Source: a virus (lineage: Duplodnaviria; Caudoviricetes). Taken from it: 64,000 nt of DNA. Positions within the stretch are counted from its first letter, which is position 1; every line of letters begins with the position of its first letter. The notes under the pieces are model-generated. The model had not been told where the DNA came from. It ran no database searches and saw only the letters and a program-made list of their open reading frames with translations. Shown in pieces: positions 42,632-53,040 of the stretch. The position numbers and the translations under genes are program-made. The stretch spans positions 21,096 through 85,095 of IMG/VR virus record IMGVR_UViG_3300002307_000041; one strand, given 5' to 3'.

Positions 42632-43021
42632 ATGGCTACAAGACAAGTATATAGATCAATGCAGGGTAAGGTTGTAGATTTAGGACAACTTATTGCTAAA
42701 AACGAATTAGTTCCCGCAGTAGGAAATGCTAAGGTTAATGCTAGAGGTGACGAGTTAGGCCCTGGTGGAAAGATCGTTAGGACTCGAGAAGAAGTAATGG
42801 CAGAATATTATAAGAATACTAGTAATTCTCTTCCAGATGCGGTTCCAAATAGAGCACGTACTGTTCCGATTTCAAAGAATACTGATCCTGTAGTTGCTAT
42901 TCCAGCACCAACACACGTTGCTATTCCAGCAGTTAATGATGTATTGCCAGAAGAATTAGAATTCCATGATCCAGAACCACTGCCAACAGAAATAACCAAG
43001 AGGAAGAGGACCGGCGAATAA
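42632..43021 (+). CDS. Conserved phage hypothetical protein
   Basis: SD AGGAGA; YRSMQGK.VD...AVGNAKVNARGDELGPGG. Confidence 0.75.
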   Translation: MATRQVYRSMQGKVVDLGQLIAKNELVPAVGNAKVNARGDELGPGGKIVRTREEVMAEYYKNTSNSLPDAVPNRARTVPISKNTDPVVAIPAPTHVAIPAVNDVLPEELEFHDPEPLPTEITKRKRTGE

Positions 43022-43386
43022 TGAGTGAAGATACACTTTTAGTAAGAGCTATACGTGATAGCATTATCGTTAGTGATATGTTTTTTGGAGATATGCGCAC
43101 AACGTTTGGTATTATCATTCCAAACGACGACGGCAAAAGTTACGGTGTTAAACCACGTTGGAGTCAAGTATACACAGTTGGACCTGATCAAAAAGATGTA
43201 GTTCCCGGAGAATGGGTACTAGTCGAACACGGTAGGTGGACTAGGGGATTTGATTTTGATCTAGAAGATGGATCAAAATTTACCTTGCGAAGAATAGATG
43301 CAGATGCTATACTCTTAGTTAGTGATGAGAAGCCTTCTGATACCCAAGTGGCACCAGACAAGCTTTTAGATCTACACACTAACTAA
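43021..43386 (+). CDS. groES: GroES-like co-chaperonin
   Basis: AIRDSIIV...TTFGIIIP...VYTVGP...VVPGEWVLVEHG. Confidence 0.75.
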   Translation: MSEDTLLVRAIRDSIIVSDMFFGDMRTTFGIIIPNDDGKSYGVKPRWSQVYTVGPDQKDVVPGEWVLVEHGRWTRGFDFDLEDGSKFTLRRIDADAILLVSDEKPSDTQVAPDKLLDLHTN

Positions 43387-43397
43387 AAGGAAATTTT

Positions 43398-43823
43398 ATG
43401 TCAAATCAAATTGACCTACAGAAGTATTCGTCGTTTGTTGAGTATGTAACTAGCGACGCGAGTAAATATGCCTACGCATTCCAGGAGAGGTTTGATAATC
43501 TTTGCCAAGTGCAAGAAGACGGGACCAATATTAATCCAACGCTGTTAATTACAGCAGGAATAGGTCTTAGCAGCGAAACTGGTGAGTTTAATGAAATCAT
43601 TAAGAAAATGCTTTTTCAAGGCAAGCCGCTAAACGAAGAAAATCGGTTCCATATGATGCGAGAACTCGGAGATATCATGTGGTATTGGACTAATGCTTGT
43701 CGAGCATTAGGATATGATCCTAATGAAGTTATCGCTGAGAATGTGCGTAAACTAGAGGCACGTTATCCTGGCGGTGCGTTTGATGCTTATTATAGTGAGA
43801 ATCGTAAAGAAGGCGATTTATGA
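43398..43823 (+). CDS. mazG: MazG-like nucleotide pyrophosphohydrolase
   Basis: GLSSETGEFNEIIKK...ELGDIMWY...NVRKLEARYP. Confidence 0.88.
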   Translation: MSNQIDLQKYSSFVEYVTSDASKYAYAFQERFDNLCQVQEDGTNINPTLLITAGIGLSSETGEFNEIIKKMLFQGKPLNEENRFHMMRELGDIMWYWTNACRALGYDPNEVIAENVRKLEARYPGGAFDAYYSENRKEGDL

Positions 43824-44029
43824 AATTAATTAAACTTACAAACGCTTCAACAGATCATCAAGGAAACTATCTATATCTACACGAAAACTGGATCGTTAGT
43901 GTATTCCAAATACCTAGAGAACCTGGCGGCAGTCTGTTTACTGTAATATACGGTGGACCGTTGGGAATCAGTTGGAATGTGGAAGAAAGCCCCGAAGAAA
44001 TTAAAAATCTAATGAGGTTGCCGCAATGA
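43820..44029 (+). CDS. Small hypothetical protein
   Basis: ATGA-coupled ORF; MKLIKLT...VEESPEEI. Confidence 0.65.
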   Translation: MKLIKLTNASTDHQGNYLYLHENWIVSVFQIPREPGGSLFTVIYGGPLGISWNVEESPEEIKNLMRLPQ

Positions 44030-44400
44030 GTGGACCATATATCACTGCTACTACTCTAACCAGGCATTCACCTGGCGCAGAAGCACCTGATGTTTACAAG
44101 AAGGAAATTAAAAAGATGAATTTTCTACAGCGTTGGTTTGATCGTATGTGTCGTGAGGCTTGGGAACGTGCCCAAAACACATCTGCTAACCCAGTTAGAA
44201 TTATGCATATAGATGAACCACATATAAATGTCGACGGTATGAGTATACGGTTATCAGGAGCCACCGGTGGACATATCGTAGAGTTTTGCAAATATGATAA
44301 GCACAAAGATCGTAATGACCGTAAATTATATGTGATCCCAACTGAGCAGAATTTTACAGAATCGTTTAGTAAAATAGTAGGAATGGAGATGATGAGATGA
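44026..44400 (+). CDS. Hypothetical protein
   Basis: ATGA-coupled ORF. Confidence 0.65.
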   Translation: MSGPYITATTLTRHSPGAEAPDVYKKEIKKMNFLQRWFDRMCREAWERAQNTSANPVRIMHIDEPHINVDGMSIRLSGATGGHIVEFCKYDKHKDRNDRKLYVIPTEQNFTESFSKIVGMEMMR

Positions 44401-44621
44401 CAACAGAAGTTGAAATAGAAGACGTTTATACAAAAATGCAGAAGTTTTCAATTGACTTAGCTAGTGAATCATCTATACTAGCAGTAGCAGGAGTAATGAT
44501 GGCCCAAGCATTAACAGTGTATAAGACTGTGCTATCTCCTGAGGAATTTGAAATGATATGTTCAAGCATCTATGAATCTCGCAATAAAGTAAAAAAACTA
44601 ACAGGACCAACATTACAATGA
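44397..44621 (+). CDS. Small hypothetical protein
   Basis: ATGA-coupled ORF. Confidence 0.65.
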   Translation: MTTEVEIEDVYTKMQKFSIDLASESSILAVAGVMMAQALTVYKTVLSPEEFEMICSSIYESRNKVKKLTGPTLQ

Positions 44622-45541
44622 AAGAACTATGGGTAGAAAAATACCGACCAAAGACAGTTGAAGATTATGTGTTTCGCGACGAAAATCAGAAGGCACAGAT
44701 CCAGCAATGGATTAAGGACAAATCAATCCCCCATCTATTGTTAAGCGGTAGTCCAGGTATCGGTAAAACTACCCTTGCCAAGATGCTGCTAAATGAAATG
44801 GGAATTAACGATTTTGATGTTTTGATAGCTAACGGATCCAAAGAAGGTCGTAAGATTGAATGGGTTGATAAGGTAATTAATTTCTGTCAGATTATTCCGT
44901 TTGGACCTTTTAAAGTAGTACTGATTGACGAAGCAGACTATCTTAATCCAAATTCAACACAGCCAGCACTACGTAACCTAATGGAAGACTATAGTCATAG
45001 TGTACGCTTTATTATGACTTGTAATTATCCTAATAAGATTATTCCTGCGCTACACAGTCGTTGTCAGGGGTTCCATATCGAAACTGTCGATAAGGACGAG
45101 TTTACTGCTCGTGTTGCGACTATCTTAATTAAAGAGCAGATCGAAATTGATATCGATACCCTAGACACTTATGTTAAGGCTACATATCCCGATATGCGCA
45201 AGTGCATAAATCTAGTGCAGATGAATAGTAGCTCAGGTGCGTTAATTACTCCAGACAAGAACGATAAATCAGAATCTGATTGGCGTTTAGCTATGGTCCA
45301 GCTGTTTAAGCAGGGCAAGATTGGTGAAGCTAGAAAACTGGTCTGTAAAAGCGCAAGACCAGACGAAATGGAAGAGATCTATCGCTGGCTATATGATAAT
45401 CTAGAATTAATCAGTACAGACGAATCTATACAGGACAAAGCAGTGCTTGCTATTAAGCAAGGGCTAGTAGATCATGTCAGTGTAGCAGACGCTGAAATAA
45501 ATCTCGCTGCTACACTGATACGTATCGCTAATCTCGTTTAG
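44618..45541 (+). CDS. Clamp-loader ATPase subunit (T4 gp44 / RFC small subunit-like)
   Basis: WVEKYRPKT, GSPGIGKTT (Walker A), LIDEAD (Walker B), SRC. Confidence 0.93.
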   Translation: MKELWVEKYRPKTVEDYVFRDENQKAQIQQWIKDKSIPHLLLSGSPGIGKTTLAKMLLNEMGINDFDVLIANGSKEGRKIEWVDKVINFCQIIPFGPFKVVLIDEADYLNPNSTQPALRNLMEDYSHSVRFIMTCNYPNKIIPALHSRCQGFHIETVDKDEFTARVATILIKEQIEIDIDTLDTYVKATYPDMRKCINLVQMNSSSGALITPDKNDKSESDWRLAMVQLFKQGKIGEARKLVCKSARPDEMEEIYRWLYDNLELISTDESIQDKAVLAIKQGLVDHVSVADAEINLAATLIRIANLV

Positions 45542-46263
45542 TCTCCGTATATTTCCAATATCTCTTTTACAGCAGGATGTCGTTCGATATCCTTCTGTCC
45601 AAAATTGACTATGTCAACGTGCTTGAGATTTCCTTTGGAATCTTTTAAACGATTGATAAACTCTATTAATCCGTTATCTTCTAATCGATCAGCTTGTTTT
45701 AGATCTCCTGTTATAACCATGCGGCTATTCTCGCCTATGCGAGTTAGAAGCATTTTCATTTGGTTAGGTGTAGCGTTTTGCATTTCGTCAGCTAAAATGA
45801 AAGAATTTTTAAATGTTCTTCCTCTCATATATGCTAGCGGGCTAACTTCTATTATACCTTCCAATAGCATATTTTGTATTTCTTTTGCGAAATAGTATTC
45901 TGCAAAAACGTCAAAAATAGGTCTAGTCCAAGGTTCCATCTTTTTCTCTAATGTACCTGGTAAAAAACCATGTTGTTCATCTACGCTCACTGCAGGTCGT
46001 GTAACTATTATCTTTTCAATTTCCTTTGCTTTTAATAGCTTAATAGCTGTTTGTGTAGCCAATAAAGTTTTACCCGTACCTGCAGGTCCTACAGCAAATA
46101 TCATAGTTTTTGTGGGATCTTGTAGTTTGAGGAAATAAGATTCTTGTGCTCTATTGCGAGGTATAATCTTTACTTGATTTTTCTTTGTTGGTACATATTC
46201 TTGGAAATTTATTACATTATCGTTAAAACGCTGTTGCTTTTTAGCTGCTCGTTGTCTAGACAA
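45538..46263 (-). CDS. phoH: PhoH-like ATPase
   Basis: GPAGTGKT, TRPAV, GFLPG, AYMRGRT, ILADEMQN, RIGENSRMVITGD..Q.D, RHP. Confidence 0.96.
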   Translation of the reverse strand: MSRQRAAKKQQRFNDNVINFQEYVPTKKNQVKIIPRNRAQESYFLKLQDPTKTMIFAVGPAGTGKTLLATQTAIKLLKAKEIEKIIVTRPAVSVDEQHGFLPGTLEKKMEPWTRPIFDVFAEYYFAKEIQNMLLEGIIEVSPLAYMRGRTFKNSFILADEMQNATPNQMKMLLTRIGENSRMVITGDLKQADRLEDNGLIEFINRLKDSKGNLKHVDIVNFGQKDIERHPAVKEILEIYGD

Positions 46264-46407
46264 ATGCTATGCTCCTTCTGTGCTAGAAGGACACTGTCCA
46301 AAAACGAGGACCGTCGTCCCTCATAATTATTTAAGGTTAATCATAAAATCAGGACTAGTTATATGCATTTTTTAACGAATAAATATTGTTCTAACTGAGG
46401 AGAAAAA

Positions 46408-47544
46408 ATGTCCTATAGTGCTGTCGAACCTGCTAGATCATATGTACCTACATTTCAAATTACTTGGGAAAGCACATTAAAATGCAATTTAGATTGTACA
46501 TATTGTGGAAAGGGTATAAATGGCGGGCACGATAACAGTATACCTCACCCGTCGTTAGAAGATTGTTTAAAAACCGTTGATTTTCTTTTAGAATATGTTG
46601 ATGCATATATGAAATATAAGATTCCGGCTCATCGGTTAGTTGGGCTTAATGTATTTGGCGGAGAAAGCTTATTCCATCCTAACATTGTAGAAATTTTAGA
46701 TTATATTAAATTACAACATAAAAAATACAAAGACAACTGGCAATTAAGTATACAAACTGTTACAAATGCTGTTGTAAAAGAAAAAATATGGAATCGAATA
46801 TTAGATAAGATAGATTATTGGACTATAAGTTATCATTCAGAAAGTACAGAAGAGCAACAAGATTTAGTTAGAAAAAATCTATTAGATTTAAAAGAAAAAA
46901 ATAAACATTATAACTGTTCTATCTTGATGCATCCTAAGAAATGGGAAAATTGTATTAATATGATAGAATGGTGTAAAAAAAATAATATACCGTATCTACC
47001 GAGACAGTTAGACCATGGTCCATTAGCTTCTGAATTTTTTTATAAAGAAGAACAAGTAAAATGGTTTGACAACTTGCGTGGAGTTAAAACAGATCTATCA
47101 TTTGATAAGAAACTTACTTCAAATGTAAACATGGAAAGTAAGGGACGTAGTTGCTGCGGCGGAAACCCAATGCACATTAATGGTGATCAAAGCTGTAGCC
47201 AATCATATATTCCAAATAATAGATTTGAAGGCTGGCATTGCAGTGTTCATTATTTTTTTATGTTTGTTAAGCAGGTTACAAAAGAAGTATTTGTTAATAA
47301 AGATTGTAAAATGAACTTTGACGGAAATGTAGGGCCAATTGGGTATCTAACGGATACAAAAAAGATCATTGATCGTATTAACAACAATGTACCAAACGCA
47401 ATCATATGTAAAAAAAGCAAATGTTGGTGTGGGTTATGTGCTCCAAAAGCTGAATCTGAAGAAAAATATAATAGCATAATGGATTATTATTTAATTCCAA
47501 CTATAGACCAGCATACTGCTCAAACGATAAATACTTCAGAATAA
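46408..47544 (+). CDS. Radical SAM protein with Cys-rich C-terminal (SPASM/twitch-like) extension
   Basis: CNLDCTYC; FGGESLFHP; TNA; SYH; CCGG...WHC...CKM...CKKSKCWCGLCAPK. Confidence 0.88.
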   Translation: MSYSAVEPARSYVPTFQITWESTLKCNLDCTYCGKGINGGHDNSIPHPSLEDCLKTVDFLLEYVDAYMKYKIPAHRLVGLNVFGGESLFHPNIVEILDYIKLQHKKYKDNWQLSIQTVTNAVVKEKIWNRILDKIDYWTISYHSESTEEQQDLVRKNLLDLKEKNKHYNCSILMHPKKWENCINMIEWCKKNNIPYLPRQLDHGPLASEFFYKEEQVKWFDNLRGVKTDLSFDKKLTSNVNMESKGRSCCGGNPMHINGDQSCSQSYIPNNRFEGWHCSVHYFFMFVKQVTKEVFVNKDCKMNFDGNVGPIGYLTDTKKIIDRINNNVPNAIICKKSKCWCGLCAPKAESEEKYNSIMDYYLIPTIDQHTAQTINTSE

Positions 47545-47556
47545 GAGAGACAAATA

Positions 47557-48135
47557 ATGCATGACGAAGTTGACATAATCAAGAATATCTCTACTATATA
47601 TGATAGCAATAATAGCCTCAGGATACTAAAGGATTTTGAGAGAGTATTAGATAATCTAGATATCTATGTCTTTAAGAATTGGGAGGACGGCGAACTTGTC
47701 GATGGTCCTGAGATCAAGAGACATTCGGTTGAATGCAAATTCTTATGGTTGAAAGAGAAGATGCCAGATCCTATGGGAGGTAAACGCCTATTAGATTACG
47801 GATGCAAGATATCATATTCAAAAGATACTCTAAAACGCCCAAGGAAGGTTAAGACTCCTGGAGACTTCCGACCAAGTTCTAAAAAAGGCAAGCTTGACGA
47901 ATTACCTGTATGGATAGTAACTATCAGGATGCCAAAGAAATTAATATTCGATGTGTTTTTTGCGACTGTGCGCAATGCTAAAGATAATGAATTAGATCTA
48001 GAATCAATTTATCAGTATTCAGATACTACAGCCAATACACCTAGCACTATGGAAGCAGATTCAAACGCATCACAACAAGAAACTCCTGCTGCGCCGGCAC
48101 AGGGTATGGGAGCAGCCAATGCGCCAGCTGCATGA
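47557..48135 (+). CDS. Conserved phage hypothetical protein
   Basis: 192-aa ORF; LKDFERVLD.LD.YVF.NW..GE; MPDP.GGKRLL.YGC. Confidence 0.75.
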   Translation: MHDEVDIIKNISTIYDSNNSLRILKDFERVLDNLDIYVFKNWEDGELVDGPEIKRHSVECKFLWLKEKMPDPMGGKRLLDYGCKISYSKDTLKRPRKVKTPGDFRPSSKKGKLDELPVWIVTIRMPKKLIFDVFFATVRNAKDNELDLESIYQYSDTTANTPSTMEADSNASQQETPAAPAQGMGAANAPAA

Positions 48136-48850
48136 AGACCTTAGGAACGGAGATCTTGAAGATCTAGTAAAGCCCCTGTTCCACGTAGATACCTATAAGG
48201 CAACCACAGGTCCTGATGAAGACATATGTACTTTAAATTTTGAAGTTATCGGAAAAGATGCTGCGGATGATCTAGTTAATTTCATAGAAAGAGGTTATGA
48301 TTTTATAATGGATGCAAGCGCCAACGAGGGCGAATCGGAAGAAAAAACCTATACAGTTTTTGTGGAAATAGAACGAGATAGAAAGATATCAAATCATATA
48401 GAAGATTTGCTTTATGGAATAGGGCAACTAGCAAAGGTAGAGGATTGGCGATTCCGCTATTATAAAGACATACATAGTAAGCCAATCGAAGATTTAAAGA
48501 ATCTAATACCTACAGACGGAAGCAAATATAAAGCTAAGATAGAAAAGATTTTTGAAGATGATATGAAATTCTTCTTTAGAAAGAGCCCACTTGACTATAT
48601 CGATATACAGGAAAATCAATTAACCTTTAAGAGATTTTCCAACAGCCCAGTTAAGATGGAATTAAAAGACTACGGTACTAGGACAAATATCCTAGGAAAT
48701 CTTGCCGCCACCATACGAATAGACGAAACAAGCACTAGTGAAGCTATTTGGTTAACTAAGTATTTTGGCGATTTCAATATCACTAAGTACGACGATTATT
48801 TTGTTTTTGAAGACGGAAATAACGTGTTAATGCTTAAACTCATTTCTTGA
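48119..48850 (+). CDS. Conserved phage hypothetical protein
   Basis: 243-aa ORF overlapping the upstream stop; starts MRQLHE. Confidence 0.72.
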   Translation: MRQLHEDLRNGDLEDLVKPLFHVDTYKATTGPDEDICTLNFEVIGKDAADDLVNFIERGYDFIMDASANEGESEEKTYTVFVEIERDRKISNHIEDLLYGIGQLAKVEDWRFRYYKDIHSKPIEDLKNLIPTDGSKYKAKIEKIFEDDMKFFFRKSPLDYIDIQENQLTFKRFSNSPVKMELKDYGTRTNILGNLAATIRIDETSTSEAIWLTKYFGDFNITKYDDYFVFEDGNNVLMLKLIS

Positions 48851-48882
48851 CTTTTCGTCTAAAATAATTTATAAGTAAAAGC

Positions 48883-49758
48883 ATGGATCACTATTCAACA
48901 CTCGGCGTAGATAAAACCGCATCAGCAGACGATATACAGAAAGCCTTCCGCAAGGCTGCAATGAAGCACCATCCCGATCGAGGAGGTGACGCAGGAAAGT
49001 TCCAAGAGCTCAATGAAGCATACAGCACACTTAGCGATCCGCAAAAGCGTGCTGAATATGATATGATGGGACAAAATCCGTTTGGACAACAAGGACATCC
49101 TTTTGCTAATGGTTTCCATTTTACTACTGGAAATCCATTCCAGGGTGGGCACCCGGGGCAGAACCCTTTCCAGGATATATTCAATCAATTTGGTTTCCAA
49201 TTCCACACAGGACAACAGCAGGTTCGAAACAGAGATCTCAACATACGTTGCAAGATTAGTCTAAAAGACAGCTACCTAGGTAAACAATTAAACGTCACTT
49301 ATAGGATGCCAAATGGACAGGACGAATCAATCACCGTAGATATTCCTCCAGGTATTGAAAACGGACAAGTTATTAAACTGTCGGGATACGGAGACAATTC
49401 TCTAAAGCATATGCCTAGAGGAGATCTCACTATCCAAATGGAAGTAGAGGCTATGCCGAAGTTCCGTAGAGAAGATTTAAATCTAGTGACAGAAATAGAA
49501 GTAGATGTGTTTGCTGCTATACTTGGTACTAGTATAACGATAGATCATATAGACGGATCAAAAGTAGATTTGACAGTTCCTCCTGGAAGCTTGCACGGAC
49601 AGAGATTAAGTTGCAAAGGTATGGGATTTAAGCATATGAGGTTTGCTGAGACGAGAGGCGATCTACACGTAATAGTGAATATTAAGATGCCTCGTTTGAA
49701 TAATCCAAAACTCAAAGAAGAACTCAAAATACTTGCTGATAAAATTAGGAAAAGTTAA
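48883..49758 (+). CDS. dnaJ: DnaJ-family chaperone (class II/CbpA-like, no zinc finger)
   Basis: J-domain with HPD (KHHPDRGG), G/F-rich linker, two C-terminal substrate domains (RGDL). Confidence 0.92.
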   Translation: MDHYSTLGVDKTASADDIQKAFRKAAMKHHPDRGGDAGKFQELNEAYSTLSDPQKRAEYDMMGQNPFGQQGHPFANGFHFTTGNPFQGGHPGQNPFQDIFNQFGFQFHTGQQQVRNRDLNIRCKISLKDSYLGKQLNVTYRMPNGQDESITVDIPPGIENGQVIKLSGYGDNSLKHMPRGDLTIQMEVEAMPKFRREDLNLVTEIEVDVFAAILGTSITIDHIDGSKVDLTVPPGSLHGQRLSCKGMGFKHMRFAETRGDLHVIVNIKMPRLNNPKLKEELKILADKIRKS

Positions 49759-49820
49759 ATTATACGCTTGATTTTTTTTAGTAATTATAATATAATAATA
49801 TACTATCGGAGAAACAAGGT

Positions 49821-52028
49821 ATGATGTTAGAACCAAGTGAAGATCTACAATCGGTCTTCGAAAAAGCTATTACTATCGCTGAAGAGCAAAATCACGAGTA
49901 CGTAACTCTCGAACATTTAGTTTTAGCAATTTTTACTGATCCAACGTTTATGGAATTCATAGACGACTATGAAGGATCAGTGGATCTAGTAAGAACTAAC
50001 ATTGATCATTATATTAAAAATAATATGGATGACATCAAGTTACCTACAAAAACTAAGCCTCAAAAAACGCAATCGGTGGAGCGTTGTTTTAATCGAGCAT
50101 TTACTCAAGCACTTTTTAATGGTAGACAGAAGATAGAAACTACTGATATACTGCTTTCAATCCTCGCAGAAAAGAAAGTACACGCTGTCTATATGTTGAA
50201 TAAGGCAGGATACACGAAAGAAAAGTTTAGTGAATATATTGATACAGAAACTATAAACGTGGACGAGGAAACATTTAGCACGGGGCAGTTTGATAAACTG
50301 CTAGCACAGTTTACAACTAATCTCAACGACCAAGCAAAGAAAAACAAGATCGATCCTGTTATTGGTCGAGATGTAGAAATTGAAAGTATTGTGCTTGCAT
50401 TGGGTCGTCGCAATAAAGCTAATGTGATCATGGTCGGTGATCCAGGAGTTGGTAAAACGGCTATTGCAGAAGGGCTTGCTTATAAGATAGTAGGCGGAGA
50501 GATTCCGGAATTCCTAAAGGATTATACTCTCTATAATCTAGACATTGGAGCATTGCTAGCAGGTTCTAAGTATCGAGGAGAATTTGAAGAACGTCTTAAG
50601 GGAGTTCTCAAGGCTATTGAGAAAAAGGGCAAGAGCATTGTGTTCATCGACGAAGCACACATGATGAATGGGGCTGGATCAGGAAACAACAATCCTAACG
50701 ATATGGCTAATATGCTCAAGCCTGCTCTAAGCAAAGGCACTATCAAAGTTATCGCAAGCACTACTTGGGAAGAGTATCGCAAGCACTTTGAAAAGGATCG
50801 TGCGCTGATGCGTCGATTCCAGCGTGTAACTGTTGATGAACCTAGCGAAGCTATCACTATTGATATCTTGCAGGGTATTAAAAAGTATTACGAAGAGTTC
50901 CACAAAGCATCTATTACTGACGAAGCTATTGAAGCTGCTGTAAAACTAAGTGTAAAGTATCAGACTGATAAGAAGCTACCTGATAAGGCTATTGATCTAA
51001 TCGATCTAGCTTGCAGTCGTTTCAAGTTATCCACAGTGGCTGAAAAGGTTGTTGCTAAGAGCAACATTGAGTTTGAACTTAGCAAAATGATCAAGATGCC
51101 TCTAGAAACAGTAAGCGAAACTGAAAGCTCAGTTCTAGTAAATCTAGAAAGCAAAATGAAGAGTAAAGTATTTGGTCAAGACACTGCTATCAGTGATATC
51201 TTAGACAAGATCTTTATAGCACACGCAGGATTGAAAAGTCCTAATAAGCCAATTGGTAGTTTCTTGTTTGTTGGGCCCACGGGCTGCGGCAAGACCGAAA
51301 CAGCAAAGCAGTTGGCGGAGAATTTAGCTGTTAACTTAGTACGCTTTGATATGAGTGAGTATCAAGAAAAACACTCAGTCGCAAAACTGATCGGAGCCCC
51401 TCCGGGCTATGTTGGCTTTGACGACAATGCTGGACAGCTTATTACTAAGATACAAGAAAATCCAAACTGTGTACTGTTGCTTGATGAAATTGAAAAGGCA
51501 CACCAAGATGTAAGCAATGTCTTGTTACAGCTAATGGACAACGGACAGGTTACAGGATCAAACGGTAAGATAGCAGATTGTAGGAATATAGTACTAATCC
51601 TCACAAGCAATCTTGGTGCAAAGGATGCAGAACGCCAGAGTATTGGATTTAGCAAGGAAGATCGTTATAACGACGGAGATGAAGCTATTAAGGAATTCTT
51701 TGCTCCAGAGTTCCGTAACAGGCTAGATGCTATCGTACAATTCAACAGGCTTTCTAAGTCTAGTATGAAGATGATTGTGAATAAGTTTATTAACGAGTTA
51801 CAGTCTCTAATAAAGGACAAGAGTGTTACTATCTATGTTAGCGAAAGCGGAATGGATCTGCTAGTAGAGCGTGGGTTTGATCCCAAGATGGGTGCTAGAC
51901 CGTTAGCACGTATCATAGATCAAGACATCAAAAAGCCGTTGAGTAAGGAATTATTGTTTGGAAGACTCAAGCAAGGCGGCTCAGTATTAGTTGACGCATC
52001 TAACAAAGATGTTATACTTAAAATATGA
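49821..52028 (+). CDS. clpA: ClpA-like AAA+ unfoldase
   Basis: N-domain HEYVTLEHL; DPVIGRD; GDPGVGKT; FIDEAH; GPTGCGKT; RFDMSEYQEKHSVAKLIGAPPGYVG; LLDEIEKAH; GARPL. Confidence 0.95.
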   Translation: MMLEPSEDLQSVFEKAITIAEEQNHEYVTLEHLVLAIFTDPTFMEFIDDYEGSVDLVRTNIDHYIKNNMDDIKLPTKTKPQKTQSVERCFNRAFTQALFNGRQKIETTDILLSILAEKKVHAVYMLNKAGYTKEKFSEYIDTETINVDEETFSTGQFDKLLAQFTTNLNDQAKKNKIDPVIGRDVEIESIVLALGRRNKANVIMVGDPGVGKTAIAEGLAYKIVGGEIPEFLKDYTLYNLDIGALLAGSKYRGEFEERLKGVLKAIEKKGKSIVFIDEAHMMNGAGSGNNNPNDMANMLKPALSKGTIKVIASTTWEEYRKHFEKDRALMRRFQRVTVDEPSEAITIDILQGIKKYYEEFHKASITDEAIEAAVKLSVKYQTDKKLPDKAIDLIDLACSRFKLSTVAEKVVAKSNIEFELSKMIKMPLETVSETESSVLVNLESKMKSKVFGQDTAISDILDKIFIAHAGLKSPNKPIGSFLFVGPTGCGKTETAKQLAENLAVNLVRFDMSEYQEKHSVAKLIGAPPGYVGFDDNAGQLITKIQENPNCVLLLDEIEKAHQDVSNVLLQLMDNGQVTGSNGKIADCRNIVLILTSNLGAKDAERQSIGFSKEDRYNDGDEAIKEFFAPEFRNRLDAIVQFNRLSKSSMKMIVNKFINELQSLIKDKSVTIYVSESGMDLLVERGFDPKMGARPLARIIDQDIKKPLSKELLFGRLKQGGSVLVDASNKDVILKI

Positions 52029-52723
52029 ATAAAATGCGACAGACTACAACTACTAGGCTTTTCTATAACAAGTATCCGTACAAAGCCGTACTACTGTCGG
52101 ATTGGGCTAACTTCGTTAGAAGTATGGACCTAAAAACGTTTGAAAAAATAACCAACGGGGAGAAAGAGGAAAATCTTTCTCCTAACGTACAAAAAATTGT
52201 ATCTAGACACAAAATTAAAGTAGAACAGTTACTTCTTCTTATAGAAAATTATCCTAGAGGAGAAATTCGTAAAAGAGCAGAATGGCGAACACTGAGTTTG
52301 TTTTTTAAAGATAAATCAATATTAGAAATCCTAAAACGAGACTTCAATAAAGAACTAATTGAATTCTCCCAGCCTGCATCGGACGACGCTTTAGACTTCC
52401 TATTAGATAACAGGAAGATTGAAATCAAACCAACACTACCTTATGATTGCAGATTTAAAGTAATCTTAGGTTACGAAAAAAATGCACCTCAGATAGCAAG
52501 AGACAACTTTGTTAAGTTAGCTGCAAATCATCCAGACGATATACGTGTAACTGCCCGTGTTTCACATCTCATACAGGGAAATGCAGCATGGTGGAGCACA
52601 CCTTACATATATGTCAAAGACAAAAAGTATCTTTTGATTGTACAGATGATGCTACAAGATAATATCCGTTCAATAACGGAAATAAAAACACACAACGAAA
52701 TCAACCAGAAAGAAACAAAATGA
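52025..52723 (+). CDS. Hypothetical protein
   Basis: ATGA-coupled 232-aa ORF. Confidence 0.7.
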   Translation: MNKMRQTTTTRLFYNKYPYKAVLLSDWANFVRSMDLKTFEKITNGEKEENLSPNVQKIVSRHKIKVEQLLLLIENYPRGEIRKRAEWRTLSLFFKDKSILEILKRDFNKELIEFSQPASDDALDFLLDNRKIEIKPTLPYDCRFKVILGYEKNAPQIARDNFVKLAANHPDDIRVTARVSHLIQGNAAWWSTPYIYVKDKKYLLIVQMMLQDNIRSITEIKTHNEINQKETK

Positions 52724-53004
52724 ACAGCTTAGATTTGACCAAGATCCTAGTAGATAAGAAACTTATCGGCAAAGGTACTAATGTTAGCGCAAAGATAACA
52801 GTTAGTGGATTTGGGTACGCTCCTGTTACTAGAGAAAAGCACGGTAGGGTTACCGCAATGAGCGAAGCTGGGGTTAATATCCTTTTTGATAATGCACACC
52901 GTTATACTAAGTTTGAAGATATCACTTCGATCGAAGGCATGGATGTAGCTAGATTTGCACAGGCATACGGGATTAAAATAAAGGGCAAACCTAAGAAGAA
53001 ATGA
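52720..53004 (+). CDS. Hypothetical protein
   Basis: ATGA-coupled 94-aa ORF. Confidence 0.7.
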   Translation: MNSLDLTKILVDKKLIGKGTNVSAKITVSGFGYAPVTREKHGRVTAMSEAGVNILFDNAHRYTKFEDITSIEGMDVARFAQAYGIKIKGKPKKK

Positions 53005-53040
53005 TAGTTGTACAATGGTAAATATTGTAAGGAAAAGATC

